Shown: positions 60,926 to 64,000 of the stretch, one piece after another | Position numbering within the stretch: position 1 is the first letter of the stretch | Layout: the number at the start of each line of letters is the position of its first letter | Source: Octopus sinensis | Lineage: Eukaryota | Length of the DNA stretch: 64,000 nucleotides | NCBI RefSeq assembly: GCF_006345805.1 | Contig: NC_042997.1 | Span: forward strand, 153,450,001 to 153,514,000 | Direction: 5' to 3' | Program-made: the position numbers and the translations under genes | Notes under the pieces: model-generated | The model's input: only the letters and a program-made list of their open reading frames with translations | Database searches by the model: none | What the model was told of the DNA's origin: nothing

Positions 60926-62143
60926 GGATGTTCATTAAAGATTTCCCCTGACCCACTTCCCAAGAACTGAGATAAACGAAACTTGGCACAATTATTAGAC
61001 CTTCTCTACGTATCTACCACCAATAGTTACACACTTCTCCTGTCGCTTTATGCAGTTGTGAAGACTTCGTCTGTAGAAGCCGGTAGGCTGCGTCTGGAGC
61101 TTAGACTTTACCTCGGAAATAAGTTCACCATAATCCGAAAAGTGCTTCCCCTTCAAAAAAGATTTCATGTTTAGAAAGAGGTGGAAGTCAGATGGTGCGA
61201 GGTCGGGGGAGTAAGGGTGATGAGGAAGGATTTCATAGCCGCAGGAGTGTGCTTTCATCTGGGCAACATCCGTATTGTGAACTGGGGCGTTGTCTTTGAG
61301 GACGCGAATCCTTTTGGTCAGCATGCCACGCCTCTCGGCTATGATGGCGTCCCGAAATTTCTGCAGCAGAGAAGCATAATATGCCCTATTAATTGTGATG
61401 CCCTTTGCAGAAAAAAATCCTTCTCGTTTTCAAAACAGCCTTGGAGTAATTGACTCGTTCCTGCTTCTGAAAAGACGTGAGCATCCGGGTAAATTTCTGC
61501 AGCAGAGAAGCATAATATGCCCTGTTAATTGTGATGCCCTTTGCAGAAAAAAATCCTTCTCGTTTTCAAAACAGCCTTGGAGTAATTGACTCGTTCCTGC
61601 TTCTGAAAAGACGTGAGCATCCAGGCAACATCCGCATGTGCAAATGGTCGGGAATTTTCCACGGACCCTACAATTATTTTCACTTAAGCTAGTTGACTAA
61701 AACGTTATGCAGCAATCTTCCAAAATGGCGGTTTCCACTTTATGGATGATGTCGTCATCAGTGGTAGAATGTTATCATCCAGGAATAGGAGCAGTTTCCA
61801 CCGATGTCCAGTCCAACCACATTTGAACTGGCGATGTCAGTACTTGACTACGTCTTATGATGGTGCATCGGTATCATAAACTTCTTTCATCTTGTCGAAA
61901 GTCCCTTTTGGTGTACGACCTTTCAAGTATAAGAACCTGATCACTGATCTGCATTCAATGCCTCTATTATAACAACTTAGTCCACTTCAGTAGCAGTAAA
62001 AGACAAACGAACACAAGTGGAATAGTGGAAAACTGCAATTTACAATGTGACTTGTAAAGACATGTATTATTATATTTGTACAAGTTCCGTTTCCTGCAAT
62101 AACTGAAAGTGAATCAAGGGAAATCTTCAATGAACCACCTACG
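60922..62143 (-). mobile_element. Mariner (irritans-like) element, rearranged pseudogene with both TIRs
   Basis: TIRs CGAGGGATGTTCATTAAAGATTTCCC and, on the minus strand, CGTAGGTGGTTCATTGAAGATTTCCC, TA-flanked; RSVIRFLYLKG (HTH), DNAPVH, HPYSPDLAPSDFHLF; 137-bp tandem duplication (61354/61491). Confidence 0.88.
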
Positions 62144-62289
62144 TATGTATGTATATTACAGGATTCAATAAAGTCAGGACACGGTAGTGTATTCTTTTAT
62201 ACATAATAACAGAAAGGTTCGGTCTACCTGCTGAAGATTGGAAACTAGTAACTCTGAGCACTGGAAATTGGAGCCTCGTGTTGAAAAGT

Positions 62290-62480
62290 TAATCTCTACA
62301 CATCTTTTCTCTCTCCGTTCTTTCGTTCTCTCTCCATTTTTCCCTCTCAGTCCTTTCTGTCGAAGAGCGTAGGCTCGAAACGTCAAAGACTTTTCCATTC
62401 TTCCCGAGCGTCAAATAATACAACTGCTTACTGCTCCTTTACCTGCCTTCGTCTTTTGTTTTCTGTAAATCTGAACTATA
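62290..62480 (+). mobile_element. Penelope pLTR remnant with variant hammerhead (62353-62388)
   Basis: CTTT-CTGTCGA-A-GAGC(GTAG)GCTC-GAAA-CG-TC-AAAG; 3' end abuts (TA)n. Confidence 0.7.
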
Positions 62481-62959
62481 TATATATAATGCAAATAATA
62501 AGAAAATGGAGAAAAACATAGATTAACCAATATATATAAATAGGACCACATTTAAAGCTTGTTTATTGATACAAAGCAAGACATAACATGTCACTCCCAG
62601 AAGGGACTTATGTGAGTTGTCTCGTTTGAGTATGACTTAATTCCAGGTGTCCTTTACACCAGGTGCATAGAGAAAATATTTTCTTACGCCTAAAAATTTC
62701 AGCCGACCCACAGACTAATAATACACATACCTTCTGTATATGAGTTCGATTTTGTTAAGAAAGAGAGAGAGAGGGGGATTAATGTTTGAATTGGTAATGA
62801 CTAGTAATCCTATGTAAATAAGAAACTCTAGGCATATAACGAAATTTTGATTGGTGCCCCACTATGGTCGCACGCGGATGGCTGATATAAGTAGAAGAGT
62901 AATAGAACAGTATGGAGGATATATAAAACATTGACCGATCTTGAACTTCTCAATCACAT

Positions 62960-63400
62960 GCTTTCGTGATCGGTTCCACTGCGTAGCATCTTGAACAAGT
63001 GTCTTCTAAGATAGCCCTAGACCGACTAAAGCCCTGTTTGTGGGTTTAGTAGAGGGCAACTGAAAAAACCCTTTGTATATATTTGTGTGTGTCTGTTTGC
63101 ATGTATGTGTGTTTGTATGCATGTACGTATGTATCTATGCACGAATATATGCATCAATGTGTGAATGTATATGTGTGTGTTTGTATCTCCTTGTCTTGAC
63201 ATTGTGTGATTGTAAATGAATAAATATTCATTTCCAATATTCTGCGAAAATATGCCTGGCAATGGGGAAGTATTACATTACTTTCTAATAAGTAAAGTTT
63301 GCTGAAAGTAAAGGCACCTGACTGTAGAAGATCTGCTTTAAATAATTCTGACCGACTCATGCAGGCATAGAAAAGAGGACGTTAAAACGATGATGATGAC
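62960..63400 (+). mobile_element. Degenerate CORE-like SINE with a different 3' tail ending in (GAT)n
   Basis: TTCCACTGCGTAGCATCTTGAACAAGTGTCTTCTA..., tail CATGCAGGCATAGAAAAGAGGACGTTAAAACGATGATGATG. Confidence 0.6.
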
Positions 63401-64000
63401 CGATATTCTTACTGCATGAATACGAACCAAAGAGAGAAACTCTACGTAACTTATCAACATGCCAGAAAGAGCAACCAATTATGTTCCAAACCACACCCTA
63501 CGGTCACAGCATTGGATAATTTAGATTATGGTAAACTATGTTTCAAAATAGAACTGGAAAGATATATCTGGGATGCTTTTGGCCGTAGATCTCATCGATT
63601 AGAGCCATCTTGGGTCAAAACAAGACTCCAGCCACAACAAAAGCAACTACAATAACAGCAACAATAACCTGGCCTTTCAAGAGTATAAAGAGGATTAGAG
63701 CATTTATACAGCCCATCTTTCATTCTAACAGTTTAAGAAGATAGGAATATCGTGTAATTGGCGAGGAGATAATTTCAGATCTGCAACGTAAAAAACATGT
63801 AGTAAGAATGATGAGTTGTAATGAAAATATGGAAACAAAAATGCTCAAAAACCTTTTTTACAAGCATAATATATATTATTAGCGCTATGAGGACTTGTAT
63901 GTTTTGAAGGATGTCAATACCAGAATCGTCTTCCCTTCGTGACACTAGCAAGTGAGAACGTGGTCAAGAAACCGGTAGAAAATGTAGGCCCAAATATTTT

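Noticed and set aside
62226-62250. CTGAAGA-TTG-GAAA-CTAG-TA hammerhead-like string
   Set aside because: No stem II and the stem I flanks do not pair.

Overview
This is AT-rich eukaryotic genomic DNA dominated by transposable elements and microsatellites. The SINE families and very dense (TA)n/(GT)n tracts point to a coleoid cephalopod, probably Octopus (my recognition, not a database result). I find no prokaryotic genes, rRNA, true tRNA genes or CRISPR arrays, and nearly all track ORFs are microsatellite artefacts. Main contents: (1) a young CR1-clade LINE with an intact 1034-aa APE+RT ORF2 (37025-40467), plus two more copies, one nested with a 6-bp TSD in the GIY-YIG domain of (2) a Penelope-like element (10758-14987) whose near-identical 284-bp inverted pseudo-LTRs each carry a type I hammerhead ribozyme; (3) several other Penelope 3' remnants with minimal or variant hammerheads; (4) an internally deleted Tx1/L1-like LINE (3567-6006); (5) four mariner remnants and several MITEs; (6) many tRNA-derived SINEs; (7) a few candidate host exons. 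The most interesting inferred system: the Tx1-like LINE seems to share its 3' tail with one SINE subtype, and both are joined at the same nucleotide (GGTATTTCGTC) inside older SINE heads. That suggests a LINE/SINE pair targeting the SINE itself and building head-to-tail SINE arrays. All alignments were done by eye.
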